A DNA stretch of 47,188 nucleotides from Candidatus Yanofskybacteria bacterium (GCA_030688685.1 JAUYJF010000038.1:1-47188); one strand, 5' to 3'; shown: positions 19,301 to 26,140, counted from the first letter of the stretch. Notes: generated by a model not told the origin, from the letters alone. A program made the numbers and translations.

Positions 19301-19997
19301 TCGGTGTAAGCTCTACTTCAAAACCGGAATCAAGCGTGAGTTTGAGGGTATCCCGCACGCCATTGAAAAACACCTCCGTCACCTTCTTCCATCCCTTCTC
19401 GGTGAATGTTTCGTCGCCTTTCTGAACCTCCTCAATTGGAAGAAGGCCTCTCTTTGTGACAATGCGCGTGCCCTTTGCAAAGCACTGCTGTTTAATGGTT
19501 CCAAAAGCGGTATCATACACCCTCAAAAAAGACACGGGGCCTGAAGCAACCCCTTGGCTTTTCTTGGTGGGAGACATGGCAGGACGCATCTCAGACAAGT
19601 CAAAACCAAGCCCCGAGCCTGCTTGCTGGAGAAGCGCGGCGTCCCGGAGGGTTCCAAAGATGCTGTCCATGGAATCATGAATGGGAAGCACTATGCAGTT
19701 TGCCACCAAAGACGTTTCAGCCCCCGCGTTCCTCATGGTCCGACCCGCTGGCGTGTACTCCTTGCGCGCCATAATCTCATAGAAATCCTGCGCTATCTTC
19801 CTCACCCCTTCCTTATCTTTTCCGTATTTCTCTTCTACTTTGGCCAAAGCATATGCCACCCGCGCGAACATATCAGCTGGCGCTTCCTGATTCCCTTTTT
19901 CATCTACAATCAGATAGCGTTTCTTCATCATCTTTAAGGCATTCTCGGAAAAGCGGGCAGACACGGCTTCTTTCTGCTGGGAGGTGAGGGTAAGCAT
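16371..19997 (-). CDS. nrdJ: Adenosylcobalamin-dependent (class II) ribonucleotide reductase with intein, C-terminal TSCPD domain and Zn ribbon
   Basis: ANCIV, ASGPVSF, NPCGEQ, CNLGSINL, RRIGLGIMG, TVAPTGS, ISKTIN, VYRDGSR; ends CPEC...CHGCGFSRC. Confidence 0.96.
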   Translation of the reverse strand: MLTLTSQQKEAVSARFSENALKMMKKRYLIVDEKGNQEAPADMFARVAYALAKVEEKYGKDKEGVRKIAQDFYEIMARKEYTPAGRTMRNAGAETSLVANCIVLPIHDSMDSIFGTLRDAALLQQAGSGLGFDLSEMRPAMSPTKKSQGVASGPVSFLRVYDTAFGTIKQQCFAKGTRIVTKRGLLPIEEVQKGDETFTEKGWKKVTEVFFNGVRDTLKLTLDSGFEVELTPNHKVAVIQNGAIALKQVKDLTAEDVLLMKLGDNADANRGFQELEQVEISSSRARVIRQPEVLDEKLAYFLGLYYSDGNNDSQGIRIAIHDADSEEKGFRSLVANLFGITPFLEKHYDGCRKFHVSSQMLKRFFQKNNLLKQYAYEIEVPEKIFRSPSSVQMAFIAGFFDGDGDNGKNYRLNTSSKTFAQQLQLMLIANSIGAKIKQEQRRANWRIVYRVGVIGKDSTHRFYEKLSFHSWKIQKKEETKDFGWIFPFHPVRDLGYSWLDIKRLHDGVRSTISHSILSQIQAQALLRQAEAVVQQKIDWTGFLPVKMKSIEQAGKQEVYDFEVEDIHMINAGLYTSNSRHGANMAMMRVDHPDILDFIDCKKNEGEIRNFNISVTVTDEFMKQLQEDPAQLWYSTFKGNKMKPHKVLRHPNGAVYDAEEIDITVQELFDKLVEGAWTNGEPGIAFIDTVNKTNPLPGLGSIAVSNPCGEQFLHPYDNCNLGSINLAEFVKDGNVNWERLRFSTKTAVRLMDNVIDKFDFPVEQVTELALKNRRIGLGIMGFADMLYQLRIPYNSKEGFAMAEKVMGFINEEAHKMSQELAVEKGAFPNHEKSVFAKQNIKMRNAALTTVAPTGSIAMMFDTSSGIEPNFALAYVKQDKDGFQYRYFNRFFQKALEALHLGEEEKSRILDEVIDKGSIQDIEGLPQELKNVFVVAMDIAGSSHMEMQAAFQRNVDNSISKTINFKNEATREDVADAFVSAWKLGCKAATVYRDGSRMIQILNVGKGDNIVAPTELPNKRKEDENSNANSSGGDFNKPFVRPRPDVMTGQTYKMKTGYGSLFITINNDERGEPFEVFATIGKSGGFFQEQTEAITRLISLSLRAGVEVKEVIDSIEGIRGPMPIFTNKGTVLSLPDAIGKVLKEHIGSVREVEDVLKRPENQEVLAFAKEGSKKSMADFGFMPGCPECGNVLTMQEGCISCHGCGFSRCS
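18267..19484 (-). mobile_element. Intein with dodecapeptide (LAGLIDADG) homing endonuclease, 406 aa, in nrdJ
   Basis: Starts CFAKGTRIV after IKQQ; block B LTPNHKV; LAYFLGLYYSDG and FIAGFFDGDG motifs; block F VYDFEVED; ends YTSN|S. Removal restores IKQQ-SRHGANM. Confidence 0.95.
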
Positions 19998-20061
19998 AAG
20001 CGTGAGACGTTTGGGTTAATGTAAGATGGGGGACCTTAGGGGTTAGTACTATGACGAGGAA

Positions 20062-20514
20062 TCACACGGTTTCTTCCAGTTTTTGAATTTCCTTCTCAAA
20101 TGCCTTGGTGCTTCGGAAATTCCGATAGACAGACGCAAATCTGAGGTAGGCAACCTTGTCAAAAGCACGGAGATGAAAGAGAACGAATTTCCCAATCTGG
20201 TCTGAAGGAATGGTGTCGCGAGCCAGATTAAAGATATCGTTCTCAATATTCGCCACAATCTTCTGGAATTGCTGCTCGGTAAAGGGTCTTTTTTCAAGGG
20301 CTTTTCGCAATCCCAGCTCAAGCTTATGGCGAAGATATGGCTCTTTTGACCCGTTTCTCTTTACGATGGTCAGGCCGAGCAATTCTACCCGCTCGTACGT
20401 CGTAAAACGCTTCTCGCAATCAAGGCAAAGACGCCTTCTCTTGATCGCTTTTCCGTGTTCCGCGCTCCTGGAATTTGTAACCTTCGTAGCGTGTTGACAA
20501 ACCGGGCATCTCAT
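20062..20514 (-). CDS. nrdR: Transcriptional repressor NrdR
   Basis: MRCPVC...RRRLCLDCEKRFTTYE Zn ribbon, ATP-cone, DKVAYLRFASVY. Confidence 0.97.
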   Translation of the reverse strand: MRCPVCQHATKVTNSRSAEHGKAIKRRRLCLDCEKRFTTYERVELLGLTIVKRNGSKEPYLRHKLELGLRKALEKRPFTEQQFQKIVANIENDIFNLARDTIPSDQIGKFVLFHLRAFDKVAYLRFASVYRNFRSTKAFEKEIQKLEETV

Positions 20515-20529
20515 GTCTTAGGAGTTTTT

Positions 20530-20545
20530 CGTCAATATATAGTAT
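20530..20545. promoter_or_regulatory. Putative NrdR box
   Basis: cgtCAATATATAGtat matches the CwAtATaTwG core of the NrdR box, in the leader of the nrdR-nrdJ operon. Confidence 0.6.
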
Positions 20546-20589
20546 ATTTGAATGAGATAACCCTACAACTAACTTCTGGCGTATCTCAA

Positions 20590-20617
20590 ATTTTATCACG
20601 GGGAGAACCCCTGTCAA
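20590..20617 (-). promoter_or_regulatory. Sigma70 promoter of the nrdR-nrdJ operon
   Basis: TTGACA (20617-20612), 16 bp spacer, TGa-TAAAAT (20595-20590). Confidence 0.65.
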
Positions 20618-20625
20618 ACCCGTCC

Positions 20626-20634
20626 TGTGGATAA
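20626..20634 (-). promoter_or_regulatory. DnaA box
   Basis: Exact TTATCCACA on the minus strand, 8 bp upstream of the -35 element. Confidence 0.55.
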
Positions 20635-20734
20635 CTAGGAGGAGTACATACCATCCCTTGATTATCCTCCTCGCCCTTGACTTTTCTGGGGTTTCGTGTA
20701 TACTGAAAGTATCCTCAGATATGGGGATATTTTT

Positions 20735-21226
20735 ATGAAACACACAAACCTGCAAGCAGCCGTACTGGGAGTAAGCGCCCTGTTTATGGGCACTTTCCCC
20801 TTTGTTGGTTCTCCGGCCGCTCCCCAGGACCCTCTTCTCTCTGAAGAGGACCCTCCGAGTACCGAGGACCGTAGCATTGCGGTGCAGAACGGCTCTTTTA
20901 TTGCCTCTGCTCCCCACTACGGTCCATCCTCAGTAGCCCGTACTGTCAATGTGTTCGTGACCGCGTACAACTCCTTGCCTGAGCAAACGAACGGAGATCC
21001 CTTTATTACGGCCTCCGGGGAGCGGACGCGCCATGGAATTGTCGCGGCAAACTTTCTCCCTCTTGGGACCAAGATCCGACTTCCCGCAATCTATGGAGAA
21101 CGCGTCTTTATCGTAACAGACAGGATGCACCCGAGAATGCAGGGATACGTGGATATTTGGTTTGAAGACTATTCTGAAGCAATTCAGTTTGGCAAACAAA
21201 GAACATATATTGAGGTACTCCGATAG
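20735..21226 (+). CDS. 3D-domain (peptidoglycan lytic transglycosylase-like) exported protein
   Basis: Signal peptide; TAYNS...TASG...VAAN.LPLGTKI...VTDRM...VDIWF. Confidence 0.85.
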   Translation: MKHTNLQAAVLGVSALFMGTFPFVGSPAAPQDPLLSEEDPPSTEDRSIAVQNGSFIASAPHYGPSSVARTVNVFVTAYNSLPEQTNGDPFITASGERTRHGIVAANFLPLGTKIRLPAIYGERVFIVTDRMHPRMQGYVDIWFEDYSEAIQFGKQRTYIEVLR

Positions 21227-21238
21227 GACACGTCCTAC

Positions 21239-21266
21239 CAAAACACCCCTTTTCGGGGGTGTTTTG
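21239..21266. terminator. Bidirectional terminator
   Basis: CAAAACACCCC-TTTTCG-GGGGTGTTTTG between convergent units. Confidence 0.7.
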
Positions 21267-21273
21267 CTTTAGG

Positions 21274-21355
21274 TGCCCGGGGTGGGATTCGAACCCACAA
21301 CCATTGCTGGCAGGGATTTTAAGTCCCCCGTGTAAACCAGTTCCACCACCCGGGC
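21274..21355 (-). tRNA. tRNA-Leu(UAA)
   Basis: Anticodon loop CTTAAAA, long variable arm, GCCCGGG/CCCGGGC acceptor stem. Confidence 0.93.
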
Positions 21356-21357
21356 AT

Positions 21358-21390
21358 CCCGCCTGCGCTAAAGCTATGGCGAGGCGAGGG
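21358..21390 (-). repeat. REP-like hairpin between tandem tRNAs, copy 2
   Basis: Minus strand CTCGCCATAGCTTTAGCGCAGGCGGG shares CGCCRTAGCT...AGCGYAGGCGGG with 15138-15170. Confidence 0.55.
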
Positions 21391-21461
21391 AGGCGCCAGG
21401 CAGAATCGAACTGCCGTACGAGGTTTTGCAGACCTCTGCCTGACCACTCGGCCATGGCGCC
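21391..21461 (-). tRNA. tRNA-Cys(GCA)
   Basis: Anticodon arm GAGGT-CTGCAAA-ACCTC; U73. Confidence 0.95.
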
Positions 21462-21476
21462 ATACCTCTTTGTATA

Positions 21477-22979
21477 TTATACCTCCCTCTGCTTTTCAAT
21501 AGAGAGTACCAGAATATCTTTCTCCTGGGGAACCTGCGAGCATTGGAACTCCATGCCGAATTCTTCGCCTTCTGGCACAAAGGACACATTTTCCTTGTTG
21601 TGCTGGATATTCAAGATCTGCCCCTCTCCAATGGTTTCCTCACCCCTCACAAGCTGAACCTTCATGTTCTTTCGGATTTCTCCAGAATGTACCTTTCCCC
21701 CAAGAATGTGCTTTGTTTTGCCTGTTTTAAAAACCGCGAGAATACGAGCCCGCCCTTTTTCCTCTTGCACAAGTTCTTTGCGCGCTTCTTGTTTTAAGAG
21801 CTCTGAAACATGGTCCGCCGCTTCGTAAATAATGGAGAAAGTCGCCACGCTGACTTTTGAGCGTTCTGCCAATTCGCGCGCCCGACTGGTCTCCTTTACT
21901 CTGAAACCCAAGATGAGGGCTTTTGCGCTCTGGGCAAAGGACACGTCATCCTCTCCGATTTCCCCTACTGCTGCTCTTACCACAGCTGTTGTCCCGTATT
22001 CTGCTGGAAGCTTTGCCACCACCTGCTCTAGGGCTTCCAGAGACCCTGTAGTGTCTGCTTTAAGGAGGAGGCGTATTGTCCGGCCCTCATCTTCTGGGAC
22101 GCTGCCTTGCTCCTTTGGTACTGGCTTCTGTTTCTTTGCTTGAAGAAAGGATACCGCCTCTTCTTTGGAATCAAAGGAGCGGAATTCCTCTCCCACAAAA
22201 GGAGCCTTTTCAAACCCAACAATGGATACGGGTTTTGCGGGTCCTGCTTCTTTGAGGGCAGTACCCTGGAAGTCCTCCATGAGCCGCACCTTTCCTATGA
22301 CCGACTCTGTGGCCACAAAGGATCCGGGCCTCAGAGTGCCCCGGCGCACCAGGAGCGTGGTTGAGGGCCCGCGCTTGGGGTCCAAAGAGGACTCTATGAC
22401 TGTTCCTACGGCATGCCCCGCGGGATCCCCTTGGAGCTCTTGCATGTCAGCCAGCAGAAGAGCAAGCTCAAGGAGCTCTGGAATCCCCTGCTTGGTAAGA
22501 GCCGAGGTTGCCGCAAACGGAACATCCCCTCCATACCCCTCGACCAGAACACCAACTTGCGAAAGCTCTTGCTTGAGACGTTCAGGATTAGCTTCCGGCT
22601 TATCTATCTTGTTTGCAACTACAATGAAGGGGATATCCGCTTTTTGGATTTGCTGAATCGCTTCCTTTGTCTGGGGCTTCACCCCCTCGTCCGCGGCAAC
22701 GACCAAAAGCGCTATATCTGCAACCTTCGCTCCCCGGGAACGCATGGCAGAAAATGCTTCGTGACCCGGAGTATCCAAAAATGTGATGGGTCTTCCCTGA
22801 TATTCTGCTTCATACGCTCCAATCTGCTGAGTGATCCCCCCGGATTCCTTAGATGTAATCTGAAAATCCTGCCTGATTGCTTCCAGGAGAGAAGATTTCC
22901 CGTGATCCACGTGCCCAAGGACCACCACGATAGGAGGCCGTATCTCGGACTTCAATTGTTTTGCGTGTGAAGATGGCAT
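21477..22979 (-). CDS. infB: Translation initiation factor IF-2 (short form without N-terminal domain)
   Basis: [33 protein letters not shown]; 500 aa. Confidence 0.95.
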   Translation of the reverse strand: MPSSHAKQLKSEIRPPIVVVLGHVDHGKSSLLEAIRQDFQITSKESGGITQQIGAYEAEYQGRPITFLDTPGHEAFSAMRSRGAKVADIALLVVAADEGVKPQTKEAIQQIQKADIPFIVVANKIDKPEANPERLKQELSQVGVLVEGYGGDVPFAATSALTKQGIPELLELALLLADMQELQGDPAGHAVGTVIESSLDPKRGPSTTLLVRRGTLRPGSFVATESVIGKVRLMEDFQGTALKEAGPAKPVSIVGFEKAPFVGEEFRSFDSKEEAVSFLQAKKQKPVPKEQGSVPEDEGRTIRLLLKADTTGSLEALEQVVAKLPAEYGTTAVVRAAVGEIGEDDVSFAQSAKALILGFRVKETSRARELAERSKVSVATFSIIYEAADHVSELLKQEARKELVQEEKGRARILAVFKTGKTKHILGGKVHSGEIRKNMKVQLVRGEETIGEGQILNIQHNKENVSFVPEGEEFGMEFQCSQVPQEKDILVLSIEKQREV

Positions 22980-23000
22980 AGGGGCTTTCCCTCATAGTCT

Positions 23001-23381
23001 TTATTTCTTTTTTGCTTTTTTCTCTTCTTCCCCTGCTTCTCGCAATACCTCCTGCTCCTCGCGGGATAAGGTATATTCTGAAACGCCTCCCTTGACAGGC
23101 TTTGCGTACACGCGATTCGCGTCTCTGCCATAATGAGACGTCAGCACAACCCCTGTTTGCTCCCCATCAAGAAAAGCGACGGAAAAGCTCTGATTCCCTC
23201 CGATTTCCCGAAATGGATTATACCTCTGAACGTTCACCTGGATGACCGCCTTCTTCATGGATTTCTTGAATTCGTCCAGCTCCCCGGAAAGCTCTTCAAT
23301 CTTCGCTTCAAGCTGCCTGATTTTCTTTTCAGCTTCTTTGAGATCAGAAATTGATGTGTTCTTTTTTGAGAAAAGATTCAT
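23001..23381 (-). CDS. DUF4446-family protein
   Basis: Coiled coil followed by RYNPF..GGNQSFSVAFLD...YAKPV..G.SEYTLS.EE. Confidence 0.8.
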   Translation of the reverse strand: MNLFSKKNTSISDLKEAEKKIRQLEAKIEELSGELDEFKKSMKKAVIQVNVQRYNPFREIGGNQSFSVAFLDGEQTGVVLTSHYGRDANRVYAKPVKGGVSEYTLSREEQEVLREAGEEEKKAKKK

Positions 23382-23411
23382 TGCGAATTGATTCAATTAC
23401 TCCTCACCCTG

Positions 23412-23495
23412 CGGAGGAGGTGGGACTCGAACCCACAAGGGATTGCTCCCGCCGGTTTTCGAAACCGGTCCCTTGCCAATTAGGGGTACCCCTCC
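23412..23495 (-). tRNA. tRNA-Ser(CGA)
   Basis: Anticodon arm CCGGT-TTCGAAA-ACCGG, long variable arm, G73. Confidence 0.94.
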
Positions 23496-23550
23496 CAGTC
23501 GCATGTATTGTACCCCTTTCTCCCTTCCCTGTCTATGGTATAGTAACTGA

Positions 23551-24033
23551 ATGAAAAACTACATATGGGGGGTTTTGCGGTTAGCGTTGGGCTGGATCTT
23601 TCTCTGGGCATTTTTGGATAAGGTCTTCGGCTTGGGGTTCGCCACGCAAGCAGGAAAGGGTTGGATTGACGGGGGATCGCCCACCTCTGGTTTTCTCGCA
23701 TTTGGCACAAAAGGCCCTTTTGCTGAATTCTTTCAAGGACTGGCGGGGGTTCCTTTGGTAGATTGGCTCTTTATGCTCGGGCTTTTGTTCGTTGGCGCTT
23801 CCCTTCTTTTGGGCATTTTCGTGCGCCTTGCAAGCCTCACGGGCATCACTATGCTTCTCTTTATATACACCGCGAGCGCCATCCTCCCAGAGCACAATCC
23901 TTTCCTGGACGACCATATCATCTACGCCATTATCCTGGCGGGTCTCATGACAACTCCTTCCGGACGATACCTCGGCCTCGGGGGTCTGTGGGAAAAACTT
24001 CCTCTCGTCAGGAATATGCGGATTCTCCGCTAA
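23551..24033 (+). CDS. DoxX / TQO small subunit DoxD-like membrane protein
   Basis: LRLALGWIFLWAFLDK.FGLGF, W..GGSPT.GFL, NPFLDDHIIY. Confidence 0.85.
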   Translation: MKNYIWGVLRLALGWIFLWAFLDKVFGLGFATQAGKGWIDGGSPTSGFLAFGTKGPFAEFFQGLAGVPLVDWLFMLGLLFVGASLLLGIFVRLASLTGITMLLFIYTASAILPEHNPFLDDHIIYAIILAGLMTTPSGRYLGLGGLWEKLPLVRNMRILR

Positions 24034-24929
24034 CGGCTCTCCCGTAAGAGGTCAGAGAGCGCCTCTTTCAATTCAGGAAAAACAAAAGAATAGCCTGCCG
24101 CTTGTATCTTTTGCGAAGAGACTTTTTGGCTTGCGAGAGAAACATCCGCGAATTCCCCAAGGGCAAAGCGCATAACCCATGCGGGAATGCGCAGGAAGTG
24201 CGGGCGCCAGATCGCTCTCGCGAGAGCGGAGGAAAACTCCTTCTGGCGCACTTGGCGGGGAGCTGCGGCGTTATAAGCCCCTTTCAGAGACCTGTTTTCA
24301 AGAGCAAAGACATAGATGCCGATAATATCCTGAAGATGGATCCAAGGGAACCACTGTTTTCCGTTGCCCCAGGATCCCCCAAGCCCAAACCGGTAGAGCG
24401 AAAGAAGCTGGGCAAGCAGTCCCGCGGAAGCAAGCACAGACGCGGTTCGGACGCGCACGACCCGAATTCCTGCGCCTTGAGCGCCTTCCGCCTCCCGTTC
24501 CCACTCCACGCAAACTCCGGAAAGGAAATCAGAACCGGGAGAACTTTCCTCAAGAAGCTCCTCTTCCCCCCGATCACCATAAAAACCGACCGCGGAGGCA
24601 GAAACCAAAACCTCCGGCTTTCTGGGAAGCTTGCGCAAGGCAGCCACGAGATTGGAGGTTCCTTTGCTTCTGCTTTCCTTGATCTGCTTTTTGAGTTCAG
24701 GGTTCCATCTCCCAAATATGTTCTTTCCCGCGAGATGAACCACAGCGTCAACGCCCGCGAATACCTCCGCGGAAGGTTCTCTATCCGCAAGGTTTCCTTG
24801 GAAGAATTCTGCGTCCGCAAGAGAACTGGGGCGCATATCTAAAATGCGCACCGTATACCCCCGCCTGAGAAGCTCTTTCGTGAGGTGTGTGCCAATAAAC
24901 CCGGATCCGCCGGTAATGAGGACGCGCAT
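24030..24929 (-). CDS. TIGR01777/YfcH-like NAD-dependent epimerase family protein
   Basis: ITGGSGFIG, VVHLAG, SASAVGFYG, FL..VC.EWE, GNGKQWFPWIH. Confidence 0.9.
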   Translation of the reverse strand: MRVLITGGSGFIGTHLTKELLRRGYTVRILDMRPSSLADAEFFQGNLADREPSAEVFAGVDAVVHLAGKNIFGRWNPELKKQIKESRSKGTSNLVAALRKLPRKPEVLVSASAVGFYGDRGEEELLEESSPGSDFLSGVCVEWEREAEGAQGAGIRVVRVRTASVLASAGLLAQLLSLYRFGLGGSWGNGKQWFPWIHLQDIIGIYVFALENRSLKGAYNAAAPRQVRQKEFSSALARAIWRPHFLRIPAWVMRFALGEFADVSLASQKVSSQKIQAAGYSFVFPELKEALSDLLRESR

Positions 24930-24980
24930 GATTATAGTATACCCGACCGCTCTCTGATTCTAAATTCTGAAAGTTCCTGT

Positions 24981-25056
24981 TGGTGGACCGTACCGGGCTC
25001 GAACCGGTGACCTCCTCGATGCCATCGAGGCGCGCTACCAACTGCGCCAACGGCCC
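24981..25056 (-). tRNA. tRNA-Ala(GGC)
   Basis: G3:U70 pair, anticodon arm CCTCG-ATGGCAT-CGAGG, encoded CCA. Confidence 0.95.
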
Positions 25057-25068
25057 TTTTTGTACCGG

Positions 25069-25140
25069 TGCCCCCGGCAGGAATTGAACCTACATCGACT
25101 CGTTAGGAGTGAGCCGTTCTATCCGTTGAACTACGGGGGC
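25069..25140 (-). tRNA. tRNA-Arg(CCU)
   Basis: Anticodon loop CTCCTAA; GCCCCCG/CGGGGGC acceptor stem. Confidence 0.92.
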
Positions 25141-25207
25141 CGAACAGTGGTTTTTTACCATATCCTAAACCATTTCACAACAGAAAGAAGCTTGTGGGAA
25201 ATGGGGG

Positions 25208-25235
25208 TTGACAAGTGTTCCTTGCTCCATATAAT
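25208..25235 (+). promoter_or_regulatory. Consensus sigma70 promoter
   Basis: TTGACA, 16 bp, TATAAT immediately before structured element 1. Confidence 0.8.
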
Positions 25236-25238
25236 AGG

Positions 25239-25570
25239 GTCTGTATCGCAGCACCCGCACTTACCATATTACATCAGTTTGAGAAGCGCGCTACCGAGAC
25301 AAACGCAAGGCGCGACGACAAAACCTGTACCCATAGGTACGTTGAGGAGGAGTCTCGCTTTGCGAGATCTCGCGCAGCGAGACAACGAAGCGGTTGGCCG
25401 GTAGCATGCTTCCCCGGAGGGACGCCGCGTTTTTGGCCATCTTCTTTGTTGCTCGTCTCTCGTGTGCCGTATGGCACACTTCGCTCCTCGCGCCGCGAAT
25501 CTGTCTCAAAATATACGGCGTTCAAACGATGAAATATGGTAAGTGCGGGTGCCCAAAGGTCGATACAAAC
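25239..25570 (+). ncRNA. Structured non-coding element, copy 1 (unknown family; ncRNA/leader or MITE-like)
   Basis: Perfect 20-bp inverted repeat 25251-25270/25533-25552 encloses three arms; homologous to the reverse complement of 25776-26046. Confidence 0.65.
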
Positions 25571-25585
25571 TATATCTTATTTATT

Positions 25586-25717
25586 ATGGTATACGAAGAA
25601 GATTTGGAAGTTTCTTTGTTTGAAAGCGACGGAGAAGACGAGCTCGGTGGGGACGACGCGGAAGAGCTCGTAGAGGAAACGGATGACGACGAGGACGAAG
25701 AGGATGAGGAGCTGTAA
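25586..25717 (+). CDS. 43-aa hyper-acidic small protein
   Basis: MVYEEDLEVSLFESDGEDELGGDDAEELVEETDDDEDEEDEEL; lies between the promoter/leader and a terminator; varied synonymous Asp/Glu codons. Confidence 0.65.
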   Translation: MVYEEDLEVSLFESDGEDELGGDDAEELVEETDDDEDEEDEEL

Positions 25718-25738
25718 ATCTGTCTTGAAAAGATATCT

Positions 25739-25774
25739 ACCCGCAGGGGCATTCGTGCCCTTGTGGGTTTCTTT
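25739..25774 (+). terminator. Intrinsic terminator
   Basis: ACCCGCAGGGGCA-TTCG-TGCCCTTGTGGGT plus TTCTTT; the G-U pairs work on the + strand. Confidence 0.75.
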
Positions 25775-25775
25775 A

Positions 25776-26046
25776 AGGAGCGGAGGATCCCGAGCAAAAT
25801 CAATTGAGCGGAGCGAATACAAGGCAGATTCAAGGAGTGAGGAGCGATGTGTGCCGTATGGCACATGAGCGACGAACAACGCGGAAGCTGTTCTGTATGC
25901 GCCCGCCCCGCGGGGAAGCTCCCAGAGTGGCTGATTTCTTCGTTACTTCTCCTCAATGTAGTATATACTACCCTTTGTCGTCGCGCCTTGAAATCATCTC
26001 ATCTGGGAGCTTCTCAATCTGATTTGTGCTCGGATCCTCCTCTCCT
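25776..26046 (-). ncRNA. Structured non-coding element, copy 2 (in the tRNA-His 3' trailer)
   Basis: Closing stem AGGAGAGGAGGATCCGAGC/GCTCGGGATCCTCCGCTCCT; shares CAAGGCGCGACGACAAA and other blocks with copy 1. Confidence 0.65.
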
Positions 26047-26051
26047 AGGTG

Positions 26052-26125
26052 GGTGAGCGACGGGATTCGAACCCGCGATCTTCGCTGCCACAGAGCGACG
26101 CTTTAGCCGCTAAGCTACGCCCACC
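26052..26125 (-). tRNA. tRNA-His(GUG)
   Basis: G-1:C73; anticodon arm TCGCT-CTGTGGC-AGCGA. Confidence 0.95.
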
Positions 26126-26140
26126 ATATATACTCTCTTG

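Noticed and set aside
19998..20061. Cobalamin riboswitch ahead of nrdJ or pduO
   Set aside because: The intergenic spaces are too short and no B12-box consensus is visible.
24981..25056. A32-U38 pair in the tRNA-Ala(GGC) anticodon loop
   Set aside because: A known conserved feature of this isoacceptor, so not unusual.
25239..26046. Possible CRISPR array, tmRNA, RNase P, 6S RNA or HDV-like ribozyme
   Set aside because: No direct repeat-spacer periodicity, no tRNA-like ends or tag frame, and no RNase P P4 consensus. The TCCTCGC resemblance to HDV L3 is not conserved in copy 2 and lacks the nested pseudoknot.
25215..26056. Overlapping short ORFs on both strands (e.g. 25215-25532, 25274-25525, 25570-25956, 25847-26056) and the long 25394 start of the acidic ORF
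   Set aside because: They run through the palindromic elements, which explains their shared peptides (e.g. VPYGT, CAVWH). Only the ATG-25586 frame has coherent composition and expression signals.
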